From Girardia tigrina (taxonomy: Eukaryota), in contig MQRK01224031.1 in the NCBI GenBank assembly GCA_001938485.1, forward strand, positions 26,977 through 90,976: a stretch of 64,000 nucleotides of DNA, given 5' to 3'. A model generated the notes under the pieces. That model did not search any database. It saw only the letters and a list, made by a program, of their open reading frames with translations, and had not been told where the DNA came from. Made by a program: the position numbers and the translations under genes. Of the stretch, positions 39,410 to 52,970 are shown in pieces. Numbering within the stretch: position 1 is the stretch's first letter; each line of letters opens with the position of its first letter.

Positions 39410-41287
39410 TTTATTGAATTATAAATAGAGCCTATGTAATATTCCTTCTTCTCATATTTATTAAACGTATCAATTATATTTAAATTATAAATTATAGCTA
39501 TATTATAATAATGAGTTTTTTTGTTAATCTCCTTGTAATTAAATTTAAATTAATCATTGGAAAAATTATAATTTCAAAAAATAAATTTTATTTTACAATT
39601 TTTAAATATAATCAATTTTTTTTAATATTTTGAATAATTAAAATCAAAATAAATTAATATTTTTTATACACGACTTCTAAAAATTAAAAAAATCGATAGA
39701 CGGAATAAGACACAGTTTCGACATTAATATCGATTTTATATAATAATAATATTAAAATTATTACAAAAGCAATAATAGTTTTTTTTAAAAATGGTGATTT
39801 TTATATTTTTCATTTATAAATATTGTAACTGATTAACAAATAAATTTTATTTTTCTTGTTTTCTTTCTATTTTCACAGCTCATTAGTAAAAAGATTCGTC
39901 TTGAGAAACAAATTGAGTTTAAGTGCTTTTAATGTGTATTTTTATTTAATAAAAAATGCGGTATATTGATTTGGGAAAAATAACTATTTTCCAGAGTTTT
40001 ATTTTTATAAAAAAATAATGTAAGATTAGAAAAGATTTAATCAGAATTGAAGTTGTCTTTTTACTCAAAAAATATTTTTTTTCTTAAATTATTAATAAGT
40101 TTCAGTTAAAATAACATAAATTATTTATAAATTTGTGGCCAAATGGATGGTGTTGATTATTTTTATAATTTGCTTAAATTACATAAATTTAAATTAATCA
40201 TGATATTTTTAACAAACATTTTTTAAATAAAATTTAGTAAATTAACAAATTTATTAATTAAAATATATGGAATCTATTTTTATTTATTTTGTTTCAAAAA
40301 TGAAATCTTTTAGAAACTATAAGAGCATAATTTCTCAGGGGGACTCAAAAATTGCCGTTTTATACATATTTATATATTGTTGTAAATTTTTCTCTTTTAA
40401 ATTTCAATTTTTTGTTTGTTTAGGTTTTTTCATTAAAATTTTGATTCTTTGAAATTTAGATGCAATTAGAGAGGATCAACAAATTTAAAAAATTGCTCTT
40501 TTGGTGCTGTTGTTCCTCGATACATTGCAAAGATACTGCTAGGAGAAACATTTGGTTAGTGAAAGAAGGGTGGGTACTAGTACCAGGAGTTAAATGCAAA
40601 AAGAATATCTTATATGGAAGATAATTAATTGCTCTTTGGTAGAAAAACAGAGTATTTATAAAGAAACTAGTGCTGGCCAATAAGATAAATATTGAAAATT
40701 TATAAATTTTTAAATATAAAAAAATTTAAAGAATTCTGCAAGACGACATTAACAACATCAATATGAGGTTTACAACATTTATTAATATCACAAGCGCATT
40801 CACTATTTGACATCGCTCTTGATCAATATATTTTCTGCCTTCAAACTAATTAAATTCAATAAATGAAAATCTGTTAATAGCAATTATTAATTATAAAGAA
40901 TCTAATTGGTTAAAATTAAATCTAAACATTTTTTTAAAAAAATAGAACATATTAAATTAATATATTAAAATTTTTAATTACATTAAAAATAAATAATTAT
41001 TTAAAAATCTTTTTACTTTAAAATTAAATTAAATTATTTTTAATTAGTAAGAATCAAAGAAAATATCAATCATCCATCTGTGTAGGAGAGGCACAATCCG
41101 AATCAACATTCTACATGCACAATATCAACACATAATTCAAAACATTCCTCACAACGACATTGCTCACAAGCAGGTGAATACTACATATTCTATCATATAA
41201 GCGCAATGGAATTTGCACATTGTTGAAGAGTTGCTAAAGCAAAATGCGTACAAGAAAATGTATGTTTGATTAGAAAAGAAGTGGTTA

Positions 41288-41362
41288 GTTTTAACCCAGA
41301 TTGTTTTGACCCAGATGATTTTGACCCAGATGATTTTGACCCAGATTGTTTTGACTCTAGTT
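41288..41362. repeat. 15-bp tandem repeat, 5 copies (rTTTTGACCCAGATk); probable left arm of a foldback/Mutator-like element ending near 41940
   Basis: gttttaacccagatt / gttttgacccagatg / attttgacccagatg / attttgacccagatt / gttttgactctagtt. Inverted related motifs (gtcaaaac, ggtctaaaac) at 41875-41925. Confidence 0.7.
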
Positions 41363-43608
41363 TTATTTTAATTTAATTTTATGTTTATTTTAGATGGTTA
41401 TGGCCCAATTTATTATTTGACTTTATGAAAATTTCTCATTTTTTTCATTTTGGGTGAATAGGGAGAGTTCGTTTTACAATTTTTAGATGGACGAATTCGA
41501 TATTTGGCTGAAGTTTTAAATAATAATTTTTTTGTATTCATTTTACTTTTATTTGATAAAAATACTAAATATTTTATGAGCGGCAATCCAACCCGTGATT
41601 TATTATTGTAATCATAATAATTTTTATTTATGATACATTTTTTGTATAGGGATTCCTGTGACTTTGTTGCTTGCTCAAATCAATCTTCATTCAAATAAAT
41701 TAAAAAAGATCTTATTCAATTTTTTCCATTCATCTGATCGAGAATACCGTGAGAATGTCATTAGTGTCAAAATAAGGTCGAATCATTCAAAAAATCATTG
41801 TCATAAAATCAAAAATAAAATATTGAGTCTAAACCGTGTAAAATAAAAAAAATTAATTTAATAAAACTAAAAAGTGGTGTCAAAACAAAGGGGTTTAAAC
41901 AAGTGGTCTAAAACGATAGGGTACGTTTCTACGCATCCGGTTAAAGTGTATTTATTTGCCACATTCTTCAAATATTAACAACGTGAGGAATAGACCGTCT
42001 AACGATTGACCAAGAGGTCAATGAACTACATGTCAAAAAATATCAGATTATCAAGGGGAGTGCATCTAACAGTGTATTTTACTTTGAGTTATTGGAAGTT
42101 AGTGAAACAAAAAACTAATAAAGATATAAAAATTTAGCAAAACCATTTCTGATATTTAAAGTTGGATGCACTAAAGAGACACAAAATGTTTTGAATGTTT
42201 CATAACACTTTTCTTCAAAGATATCTAAACATTCTGTCTTAATCCAAAATGTTAATATCAGATTATTAAAATAACTTGCTATTCATCCGACCTTAAATTT
42301 ACATGATAATTTTCTGTTCAGTAATGTTGAAGCCTTCGTAAGGGAAAAAACTTTCAAAATGTTTAGAAGGTTAAACAAAACATCACTGAATATATCAATA
42401 GTCTGACTCCTATGATATAAGACCAAGTAATTGATTGAATTTGCTTAAAAAACATCAAGTGCTATGGAAATTTTATTTAAATTTCATGTTAATACTGTTT
42501 AAATAAAGTATAATACAATTATTTGTAAAAATACTCAAAAAACTAAAGAACGGCAATGTTCAGCGCATCTTTGTATGAAGTCATAAAGTGTTATAAAGTG
42601 TTCCATAAGCTTCTGAAATAATCTTTCCATGAGTAAATAAATGCAATTATCTTTGCGAATATTCTTTAATTCCATCTGGGAATTTGTAATTTTACTGTAT
42701 TTTTATATTTTAAAAATTACTGATTCTGAAGAAAATAGTTATTTTTCTACTTTTCCTCTTCTTTTTATACCTCATAAAATTATTGTTTTTAATACTCCAT
42801 CTCATTTAAATCAATATTTATGCTTTCAAATTAAGTGTTTTCTAAATTGAAATTTTAAAAAAAGGTATGATTTATTATAGTTTAATATATTCTTTATGTT
42901 TCAAAGTAACATGCAGTTACTTAAAATTATATTTTTATTATTCTTTACATCGTGCGGAACTTATGATGAATTCCCACCAGTGTCGTTTTATTATTCTAAT
43001 GCATTCTCCCCAACTACATTTACTAATTCGATTTATCTATTTGCTTTTTTTATCTGTTACAATATTATTCTGATTAGTTTTGAATAAGCAAAACGACCAT
43101 GTGGAACCTTCCAAAGGCTAATCAATCCCTTGAACGAGAGCAAATTGACGACATAAATGCAGGAATAGGTATTCATAGGCCCCTCAACTTTTTTATAGTC
43201 ATAAGTTGTACAATTTGATCGGTAGCAAAAGCATTTTTTATTATGAACCTTTTTTAAAATTTCTTATTTGTTTTGAATACAGTTTTAAGTTATATTAGAC
43301 AGACTATCGGCCAATTAAATGCATTTTCAAATTTTAAGATGAAGACGAGTTTCAACTCATTTATGTTTTATGGGTTATGATGTATATCTTTGTCTCAAAG
43401 TATTCTCATATATCATAGTTTAGAAAGGATATTAAACATTTCTGGTAATAAGTTAGTTGTTTACAAAGTTGAAAAATATAGAAATGGAATAGTAAAGGGC
43501 CTAGTTCACAGAGTTTTGGGTTTGTCTTTCAATTGTAAAATATCAACCCATAGTTCAAATATTCTTAAAGGAAGTTTGAGGGACAACATGTACACAAACA
43601 GAAATATA

Positions 43609-44190
43609 CGAGGGGCGTTCCGAAAGTAAGTTGAAAAAAGGGAGACGACACCACAAGAAAGCATTTATTGAAGGAATACAATGTCATTCAGATAGGCCTG
43701 TCATCTCCGCCAAATCGCGAATGGTAAGGCAGCGATTTGCATTGATGGTCTCCGACACTTTTTCCACATTTTCTACCGTGCTCGTCGTTGCTGGACGACC
43801 ACTCCTGTCCACCTCGTCCAAGGACTCACGTCCATTTTCGAATTGATGCACCCAATTGTAGACGGTAGACTTTTGCAGGGCTCTTCCTTAAAACATATGT
43901 GATAAGCGGCGCACAATGTCAGACACTGGAGTATCCTCTTTCCAAAGGAAAAAGATGATGGCACGCTGAGAACGTACTGGGTCTTCCATGTGTTAAACAA
44001 AAATGAAAACACTGCCTATGACAGTTTCCTCTATGCTGCTCACATGTTGCATGGACCAATGCCACTTTTGCTCGATTTCTATTGGCAAGTAAGTAAATCA
44101 CGCCACCACGCCATCTGTCCCTCTGTAAGATGCACACACACGTGCACACTCGTATATAAGAATTTCCACTTACTTTCGGAACGCCCCTCG
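43609..44190 (-). mobile_element. Internally deleted mariner, irritans-subfamily-like
   Basis: Perfect 23-bp TIR CGAGGGGCGTTCCGAAAGTAAGT with TA TSDs. Minus-strand KSTVYNWVHQFENGRESLDEVDRSGRPATTSTVENVEKVSETINANRCLTIRDLAE; catalytic domain absent. Confidence 0.92.
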
Positions 44191-44879
44191 TAGATGACAT
44201 GATTAAGATTACGTAGGATAATATGTGTAAACAAACACGGGTTAAAAACAGGTTAAAAGAAAAATATAGTGAAGAATACAAACAAATAATCAAATCACCA
44301 GATTTTTTGAAGAATTTAAAACATTTAAGAAGAGTACTTTCAAGAATATAGGTAGTGTTAAAGCGGTTTCAATGACATTGAAAAAAAATTTAAAGTTTCT
44401 TCCTAAATAAATCAAAAGAGATTAGTGGAATATAAACTAATCTAATTTATAAGACAATATAACCCATTAATAAATGTTAAAAATGGACACAGTAAAGTCG
44501 TTTTAAATTTTAAAATCATTAATTAAATTAAAAAACAATTTACCAATATTAACTAATAATATTTTGAATAATTAAATATAAATAATCATCTATTAAAACT
44601 TTCATTTTTTAAAACTAAAATTAAAATTAATGAATGTTAAATTAGAATTGCTGATGATGGAGTAAAAATCTTTAAAACATTTTTAATAAATAATTTCTTA
44701 AAAAAGTTGTAACGAAACTGTTATCTAAAAACTGTGTACAATTTTCTTGAATTAGACGCAATCAAGATTAAAAAGAATTTTTTCTCCAAGATTCATAATG
44801 AATGACGCAGAATATTTTTCTTTTAAATGTTTCTTTTACAAAATATTTGATGCATTTATTTTCTTTTATACTAAATACA

Positions 44880-45400
44880 GGTTTTTCTAGCATTCGAAAT
44901 GATATTTATCTTATTTGATGTTCCATATGTTCGTCTGAGATCTTTAACACATTTTTCAAAAGATCAAGAATTACATCGTTTTTCTTTCATTAGTTTCATT
45001 AGTATTTTCTTTCTCTTTTTAACATCTTTATAATCTTGAATTAAAGTATGACTTTAGTTGCACGAAATTAGTTAAACGAATATTTACATAGTTTACATTG
45101 TCGACTCACTTATGAATTTGGATAGCATGTAAAGGCAGCATCAGTTTTACGCAAGTTTACCATCAATATTGCAGCTTCCATATGTCCTTGGTTCGTTTTG
45201 TGGGTTTTAAAGCGCTGGACTTCCTTTTTCCAGTTCTTAATTTTTCATAAAACTGTGTTTTCAATTTTTGAAAACTATTTAAACTGGAGTTTGTTGGCCA
45301 TTCCCCATATAATGTTTTGAAGTACCTTCAGTTTGGAATTTTGATTATCCTTACATTGTCTCTTCCTTGATAAACTCAAAGGGTATTTAAATAAAAAGAT
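44880..45400 (-). mobile_element. Possible decayed hAT transposase N-terminal (TTF-type zinc finger) fragment
   Basis: Minus-strand NWKKEVQRFKTHKTNQGHMEA resembles NWKxxxxRFxxHExSxxH; otherwise riddled with stops. Confidence 0.35.
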
Positions 45401-46889
45401 GTTGAAAGTTTTTTACCCAAATATTTCATATGGTTTACATTATTGAATTCTGTTTTAGTTATTATCACTTTATACAAAGTATATTTTTAGTCTTATACAA
45501 ATGTTATTTAAGTAAATGGTTACAAAACAAAAATATATTTAAGTATTAATAATTTATTAAAAATGTTTTGATACTTTTCTATTACTTTCCATTATATTGT
45601 TTGTACATTGAAAAGCTAAAAATTACATCAATGAAAACTAAAATTACAATTGTATTATTATAAGAATTATTTTTATGACAGTTTAAATGATACTTTTGTA
45701 AATTTAAACAAGAAAATGATAAAAAATAATATACTTCTTGAAGATAATAGAACACAAAAATAAATTATACTTCATCATAAGCCTTCATTAAATATTTATA
45801 TTTATAATCTTGTTTAGAATAATGATTATTGTTTAATATTGAAGCTTTTTTACTTCTGAAATTGAAAGAAAAACTTTGCAACACGCGTAAAAGTCATTTT
45901 ATATATAAATATTTGCTTTACATTTCACTCTAATTCTATTTTAAAAGATATTTCTTTTTCATTTTTCATTAATCTGTTTTGAACATTAATTTCCATTCTT
46001 CATAAAATTATATAAAAAAATTAATTATTTGATACCCAATATACAAAAAGAATAATTTAATAATCACTGTAATTATAATTATAAGATTATTTATTATTAA
46101 AATAAAATAATATTTAAGTAACAATAAATAATAAAATTAATAAATTTTTATTTTGAAAGTAATTTTAAAAAATCTTTAGGAAAATAATTAATTTTTTTCT
46201 GTATATACATATTATAATTATTTATAATTAAAGATTTTTAATAATTAAATGTGACATTTTTCTTATCTTTAAAATTATTTGTAAAATATTTTTTTTATTT
46301 TTTAAATAATAAAAAAAGTTTTTTTTACGAAGTAATATTCAATATATTGATGATTTATTTTAATTAATCATATTTTAATTAGATTCTAAAAGTATATCTT
46401 TTAATTAATTAATACTTTTAATTTAATTTATTAAATTAATATTATTGTTTCAATTAAAAGTACTTGAAATTCTAAAAGAAATTATTTAATATTTAATCAA
46501 AAATGATAAACGACAATTAATCTAACAATTTTTTTTATAAAATTTTATTACCTAACATGATATTTAATTACAATTCATTAATATGAAAGGAGTTTTATAA
46601 CCCTCTTAAATGGTTTTCCTTATCATAATTATAAAATGTTATATGTAATAATGGAAAAAACTACAAGCCATGTTTCCTTTTAAAGGAATTTCAGCTTAAA
46701 TTGTGGTAACATAACCGCTTTATTTTTTACTTAGGCTAGGTAATTTTCTACGTAAAATAACAAAATCACTTTTCGAAACAAGTCAATAACTCAGAATTTT
46801 AACCGGCTTTTCCATTTACATACGCCAAACGACCAGGGAATTTAACTTAATGGATAGGCTACTTTGTGTTTATTATATGTCTCAGACAA

Positions 46890-47215
46890 ACGAAGTGGTC
46901 ACCACCATCCACCAACTAAATAATGGAACAGTTGCAGGGACAAATTAATTATTCCATGAGCTGATAAAATGTAGAACACATGAACTACTATTTTGCGGCG
47001 TAGAATGCTTTGAAACATTTACTGATGTATGGGAAGAAGCCAGAGTTTTTATATCGTTCCAATCTTAGATGCCAACATCGATAAATGTCATTTCGGGTTC
47101 AGAAGTGGAAGCACACATTATACTATAAGTGTCTTTCCGAAGATACAAGAAGAAGATTAATATTGTAATCAAGAAGTATATGTAGCTTTTATCGATCTAG
47201 AAGAAGAGTTTTAGG
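46890..47215 (+). mobile_element. Non-LTR retrotransposon RT fragment
   Basis: EVVTTIHQLNNGTVAG..ELIK, IDKCHFGFRSGS and QEVYVAFIDLEEEF (cf. QxGFR and YVAFIDLEKAFD), with deletions. Confidence 0.65.
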
Positions 47216-48612
47216 TGTGGTTGTTTGCCTCTTATAATAGCTTATTGAGGTTAATTATGCTGAATAGTGCTCATCTGAGTACGATGACATGATTTTGCCC
47301 TCGAGATGTATGGACAGTCTTTGTAGTACTTGTCAAAACTAGTCTGACCAAAATAAAAGTTTTTCAACTGTTCAGAAAAGAAATGATTACATGAATTTGA
47401 GGAAAATAATCCACATGAAAAAACAACTATCAATAAAACAAGTTAACCAGGAGAAAATCGGATCTTAACAGATATGCATATATTAAGAGAATGAACCTAT
47501 ACCATAGAATAGAGACAAACATTAATCTAATACCGAAATAACATCCTCGTGCCACTGAGATATTTGAAACGAATGCTAAAACGCACTTTGAGTTTTGAAT
47601 ATCAGAAACGTTTAGATGTCCGTATCACGATTGTGAAACGTTTATGAGATAATGACCTATGTCCTCATAAGAAAAGTATTATGAGGCTTTTAAAGAAGCT
47701 TTGGCTTAACTTACGAAAGAGATGAGAGGCCCATCTAAAGGATTTTGAAGCCATTTGATTGTATTGGAAGACTCTTATTTATTTTGTTTTAGAGACTAAT
47801 GAATTGAAGAGTTATATATTAAGGAAAAAGAAAATTAACGAGCCTAGGTAATCCGTTAAGTAATATGTTGAAGTGGAAATAAGTAAACTTAATTCATGTT
47901 CAAAATTCTTATAATATTGCAAATCTCGAAAAATCTTAATCCTTCTTTCGTAGGAATTCAGCTATATTTGTATACTTAATTATATTTTTAATTTTCTATC
48001 AGAGTCTTGCACTTCTATAAATTCTGGAAGGTTTTCCCATGTACACATCATTTCTAGAGAGATTTGTTTAGTTGTCCACGAGAGTAATCAGAAAAATGGA
48101 TGTGGTCTTTCTCTTTTTAATAATAACCCTTTAACCCTTAATATATCCAACCGGAAATTTCATACTTCAAATTATGTTTTGTTAAATAAAAATAATATAT
48201 AAAGGTATATATTTTATAAAAAAATAATTCCTTAGAGAAATCACTGTAATTTTTAAATCCTTAATTAAAATTACAAAAGCATCCAATAAATTTCAATAAA
48301 TAAATTTATAAATTAATCAATTATAAAATTAATTAAAAGTTAATTAAATAATTTTTACGGAAAACAAAATTTCGGTAAATGTGAATACTTTCAATTAATT
48401 CAAAAATGATATTTTTTTCTCATAATGTATAAGTAAAAGTAATTTTTTATTAGTAAATATATTAAATTAATTTTGTTTTTTCTTAATTTAAATATTTCTT
48501 TCTATCACGATAACCTATTGATTTTTTGTAGAAATAAAACAATTTCTAATTGTTATTTTATTTTTATATTATTAATTTTTTAAAATGCAATATTTGTTTT
48601 TTTTCGTATTAG

Positions 48613-48906
48613 TTGCACCGGTTCCACAAAATCTTCGCGGGGCTTCTTTATCCGCTAATTCTATTCAAATAATGTGGTCTCCTCCGACCATGCCTGAAGG
48701 AATATACTTGAAACATTATCAATTAAAATACAGAGTAGATGATGAAAAGAACCCTTCCATCAAAACAGAGCTTATAGATCCGGATAAAACGCAATACCTT
48801 ATAGATAAACTTAAGCCAGGAACAGCGTATCATATCAGTTTGGCCGGACAAACGGATCACGGAGTCGGAGTTGCCGCACAATTGACCGAACAAACAAAGG
48901 ATGAAA
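48613..48906 (+). CDS. Lar: LAR-family receptor PTP, exon encoding FN3 domain 3
   Basis: Acceptor ttttcgtattag|TT, donor GAA A|gtaag, phase 1-1, 294 nt. Encodes APVPQNLRGASLSANSIQIMWSPP..HYQLKY..YLIDKLKPGTAYHISLAGQTDHGVGV. Confidence 0.9.
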
Positions 48907-48982
48907 GTAAGAATTAAATAAATTATATTTTAAAAAATATTTTATCTAACAAAGTCCCTGATAATAAACTCCCTATCTTTAG

Positions 48983-49333
48983 ACAACATTACCGGAGTAA
49001 AAGGTATTAAAATATGGGGAACAAATATATCGAAAGAGTCCGCCACGATTTGTTGGAACATACAATGGGATGATAAAATTGACACAACAGATTTTACTAT
49101 AACGTATATTTTAATATTCGATATTACGGAAAGGAAATCTACAGAGAAAAATGCAACTAACGTTATTCATAATTTAAAATGTTGCTGTTACACTTTAAGA
49201 AATTTAAAACCAGATTCTGAATACGATGTTTGGGTAAAACCTATTCCGAATATGGTGGACAATAACTTCAATATTTATTTAATGAGTTTGACATCCTCCA
49301 GATTACTTATTTCGACTATGGGATTCGGTTCAG
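48983..49333 (+). CDS. Lar: Divergent, cysteine-containing FN3 exon of the LAR-family gene (not in ORF track)
   Basis: Follows a 76-nt intron (gtaag..ctttag). Open 351-nt phase 1-1 frame NITGVKGIKIWGTNISKESATICWNIQW..FTITY..KCCCYTLRNLKPDSEYDVWVKP..LISTMGFGS with FN3 hallmarks (strand-B W, L-x-P-x-x-x-Y). Putative donor TCAG|gtactt; read-through reaches TGA at 49381-49383. Confidence 0.8.
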
Positions 49334-50601
49334 GTACTTGGAATGCCTCGGAATGCTTCCTGATTGCTATAAATGATGCATGAACATTTAAATTTAAAAT
49401 CTTGAATTATTTAATGGAAATTACAAATATCTCTATTTACTTCAGATGAAATATTTCTCTAAATATTTGAATTTTATTACCATCTTCTATTAAATAAATC
49501 CAACTAATGTAAGACAACTGGTATTTACTAACGACCTCAAGCTGGACCCCCCATAAATATTTGTGACGCTTGTAGGGATCAAACTAATTATACATATTTA
49601 AATTAATCGAACAGTAAAATCTATATAAAACCTATAAAAAGATAACGAGTTTCGAGAGAAAAGTCCAGTCATTAGGTACTAGCACATTATAGGGGACTTT
49701 ACAATATATAAAAACCTTTTACCAATACATTATTAGAATAAAATAAATTTATTTCATTTTTCCTAAAAATTAAGATAAAATACACTAAACGCGATCTATT
49801 CCATTCTCTCAAACTAACCATTATCAAACTCCGTTTGATAAAAAGATATGTTTGCGCTAGTGTTTTGTACTTGAACGGGTAAAATATGCTTATAATGAAG
49901 ATGACAACTTAAAACCAACCAAAAGATAATCTTTCAGATTAAACTTCCCCATTCGACGCAATCCATTCAATTTTAGCTTTCATATCAAACCCGAAACAAT
50001 CCAAAATCTTCTCTATGCGATTCGACTGAAATGTCTGGCCAAATGGCAGCCTGAGATAACAGTCAGGTTTCTCAACTGCACCAGGTTTAAGACTGATGAT
50101 ATTAAGTATAATAAAACATTTGTTCAGTACAAGGCAAACACGCATCTACAATATACGTTTTATATTCTTCATTTTTCTGCATCTTTTACAAAATATTTAT
50201 AAGGATAAAAATAGACGTCATTTGTCGAGATAAAAATCCCATCAATAGATCAATCTACACATGTATTAAACTAAAACATTATATTGGACTGTATAATAAT
50301 TAAAAACATGTTACCATTAAATCATTGGATTCAAATGAACTTATTTAATTTTTAATACATTAAATAAAATAAAAATTTACTATAAAAAATCCAATATAAT
50401 CATAACAAGACAATCCTCAAATCATACAGTCATAAAAATCATAATTCAAATTAATCGAAGAGTGTCTTTTGCTTTAAAGTTTTGCATCTAACTATAGAGT
50501 GATATTGTATAATTGTGAAATTATCGAGCGTGAAAATATATAGAGTTGACTATATATATATATATATACTCATTTCTTCTTACTCATTTCTATTTTGGTA
50601 G

Positions 50602-50625
50602 GCCTTACATTATGCGTCGAATCAA
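50602..50625 (+). CDS. Candidate 24-nt symmetric micro-exon of the LAR-family gene
   Basis: Polypyrimidine tract catttcttcttactcatttctattttggtag, then GCCTTACATTATGCGTCGAATCAA, then gtaagc. Phase 1-1, open (xLTLCVES). Confidence 0.3.
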
Positions 50626-52931
50626 GTAAGCGGAGAAAATTTGGATAATAATAATAATAATATTTATATAAAAAATCGATATCGCTATAAGTGATAAAAA
50701 TTAAAATACAAAATAAAAGTATCCAAATCAGCAGGATTAAATCGAGAATATTAAATAATACCGAATATCACCAATGTCTTATTTTATTTCTTGAATCATA
50801 AAAAGAAAATCTTGAGTAACGGATTATTCAAACATCTACAAGCTCAAATTCATAAAACTTTGCAACAAACCTTACAACATTCTTTTCCCAAGAATTGTTT
50901 AGACTGTTGGTTAAATACATTTTTATAGTTTATGTAACTTTCTAAAATTTATTGTGATTCAAAAATATCTTTTTTCTGCTTACTTTTTTTGTTATTTTAC
51001 TATTATACTATGCTTAATAAATTTTTGTTTATTTTTATATTATATAGTAAAGAAGGATCGAAGACCAATAACGATGTCTCCAAGCTTTCTTTATAGTGTT
51101 TATGAAAGATAGAAATGCTTTCAAAAATTTCAGGCATCAATTTTTTTTCCTTTGACATTAGTTAATCCAAATTTTTGAGATAATTCTCATACTTACCAAT
51201 GTTTGAACTCAAATTTAGTACATTGGTGAAGAATGTTTTGAAAGCGAAATCTCTAAACTTTTCTTTCAAAATTACAAATCCAAGACAGAAAGTGGCTCCC
51301 TTGGATTCATATAAATATCAGACAATAAATTGAATATTATCAACGTCGTAGAATTCGCACTAAGCGAGACTGATTCAACGACAAAGGGAAGCATTTTCAT
51401 TCATTTAATAGGGTCGAATAAGCCATTCAATAGTGTTTAAATGCTAATTATTGCTAAGGAGATTAAGATAAGTTTAAAAAGGATTCAGGACGTTCCTTAA
51501 TTATGGAAAATCACTTAAGAAAGATTTTTAATATATCTTTCAGTATTATTTTTCTTCTGCAGTTTACTTCTTATCTAATCTTTTCGCTATCTTAAATTAA
51601 AAGAAAACATTGAAATTAAAAGAATTTTTTAATAAAAAAATGATTTTTCATAATTTCTTAAAATAAAATCTTTTTTAAATTATCGTTTTCAAAACATAAA
51701 ATTAAAAATTAATTTAAATTTTCTAAAGTATAAGTGGCGTAGTACACAGTTTCAGATCAATTCTCTTTTATACGCCCATCTTTCCATTCAGCATAATGGG
51801 GCAGCATCCCATTGTGGTCTTTTAATTCACTCATTCTCATATGATGAGTTGTTTTTGTTCCTTTTTATCCACGATTTTCGTTGGGAATTTCGTTGATAAA
51901 TTTGATTGACATAATTAGAGATTTTTCTAATAACTGTTCTAAAGAATTAATTTATTGGGTTAAAACTATTTTATACCTAAATTCAAATATATATATATAT
52001 ATATATAATATTTAATATAATATATTAAAATAAATGCTTGAAACAATAAAATACAATTTTTTTATGATTTACTCTTATTATATGTCCTTGAAAAATCCCT
52101 AAAATTATTAATATTAATATTTATATTAATATTATTAATAAAATGTTAAAAATTTGGAAAAAATAGGAAATTGATTTTCTCAAAAACCTGATGTGATGGA
52201 AGAAAACGGATAGCAGATTCGAAATTAGGACATCAAAATTGACCAAAATCGATAAACGATTTTAGGGAAATAAAGAATTCGATTTTTTTGTAATTCAGAG
52301 TAATTATTTTTAATCAAATTTTATAATTTTAAATTACACGAACATTTACAATTATTTAATAGTTTCGTTTAATTTTATTAATTTTAAAATTTCTTTTACA
52401 ATCATCAAACAATCATATATTTTTTTATTTTAATTAGTATATTTTAGATTACATTCTATCAAAAATTTTTAATATTATTTTTAAATTCCTAACAATTGAT
52501 ATTTAAAAAAAAGGTTTTGGTTTTCATTATGTTTTAGCTTAATGACATTGTTTTTTATTTTTATTTATATAAAACTAAAAAAACTCGGAACATAGATCAC
52601 GGTAGATTTGTACTGAAATTAACTTGAAGATATAATAACAAATATTTCGATCCATAGACTTCCTTGAACCATTTTTCTACAGAAAATGAATACTCGACCT
52701 TCTGTTTAATAGACAAAGTTTGTCAATAATGTGGGTGCAAACTTTAAATACAAAATTTATAAATATTTTATTAAAGAAATCAAGTTCTATTTTATTACAC
52801 TTTTGGTCCGAAGCATATTTGACAAGAAACTAGTCGAAACATATTGTGATTATTTTTAAAATTTAATAAACTGCATTTCATATTGATGTTAGAAATGATT
52901 TTTGGGTGGCTGTTTCATACATTAATCATAC

Positions 52932-52970
<39 letters not shown>

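Noticed and set aside
41288-41362. Short repeats as a CRISPR array
   Set aside because: Contiguous tandem units without unique spacers, in eukaryotic DNA.
19903-43629. Many short F/I/L/K/Y-rich or X-filled ORFs in the track
   Set aside because: Expected by chance in very AT-rich DNA or created by N-gaps; no splice or domain support.
47230-47750. Gypsy integrase or RNase H remnant on the minus strand
   Set aside because: Only vague motif resemblance (FYFG..YYKDC).
48955-49010. Upstream alternative acceptor (aacaaag|tc) for the FN3-4 exon
   Set aside because: Leads to TAA within about 18 codons; the acceptor at 48982 gives the open FN3 frame.
49930-50200. Open frames on both strands as a further LAR exon
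   Set aside because: A phase-1 splice gives an immediate stop and there are no FN3, transmembrane or PTP motifs; more likely transposon debris.
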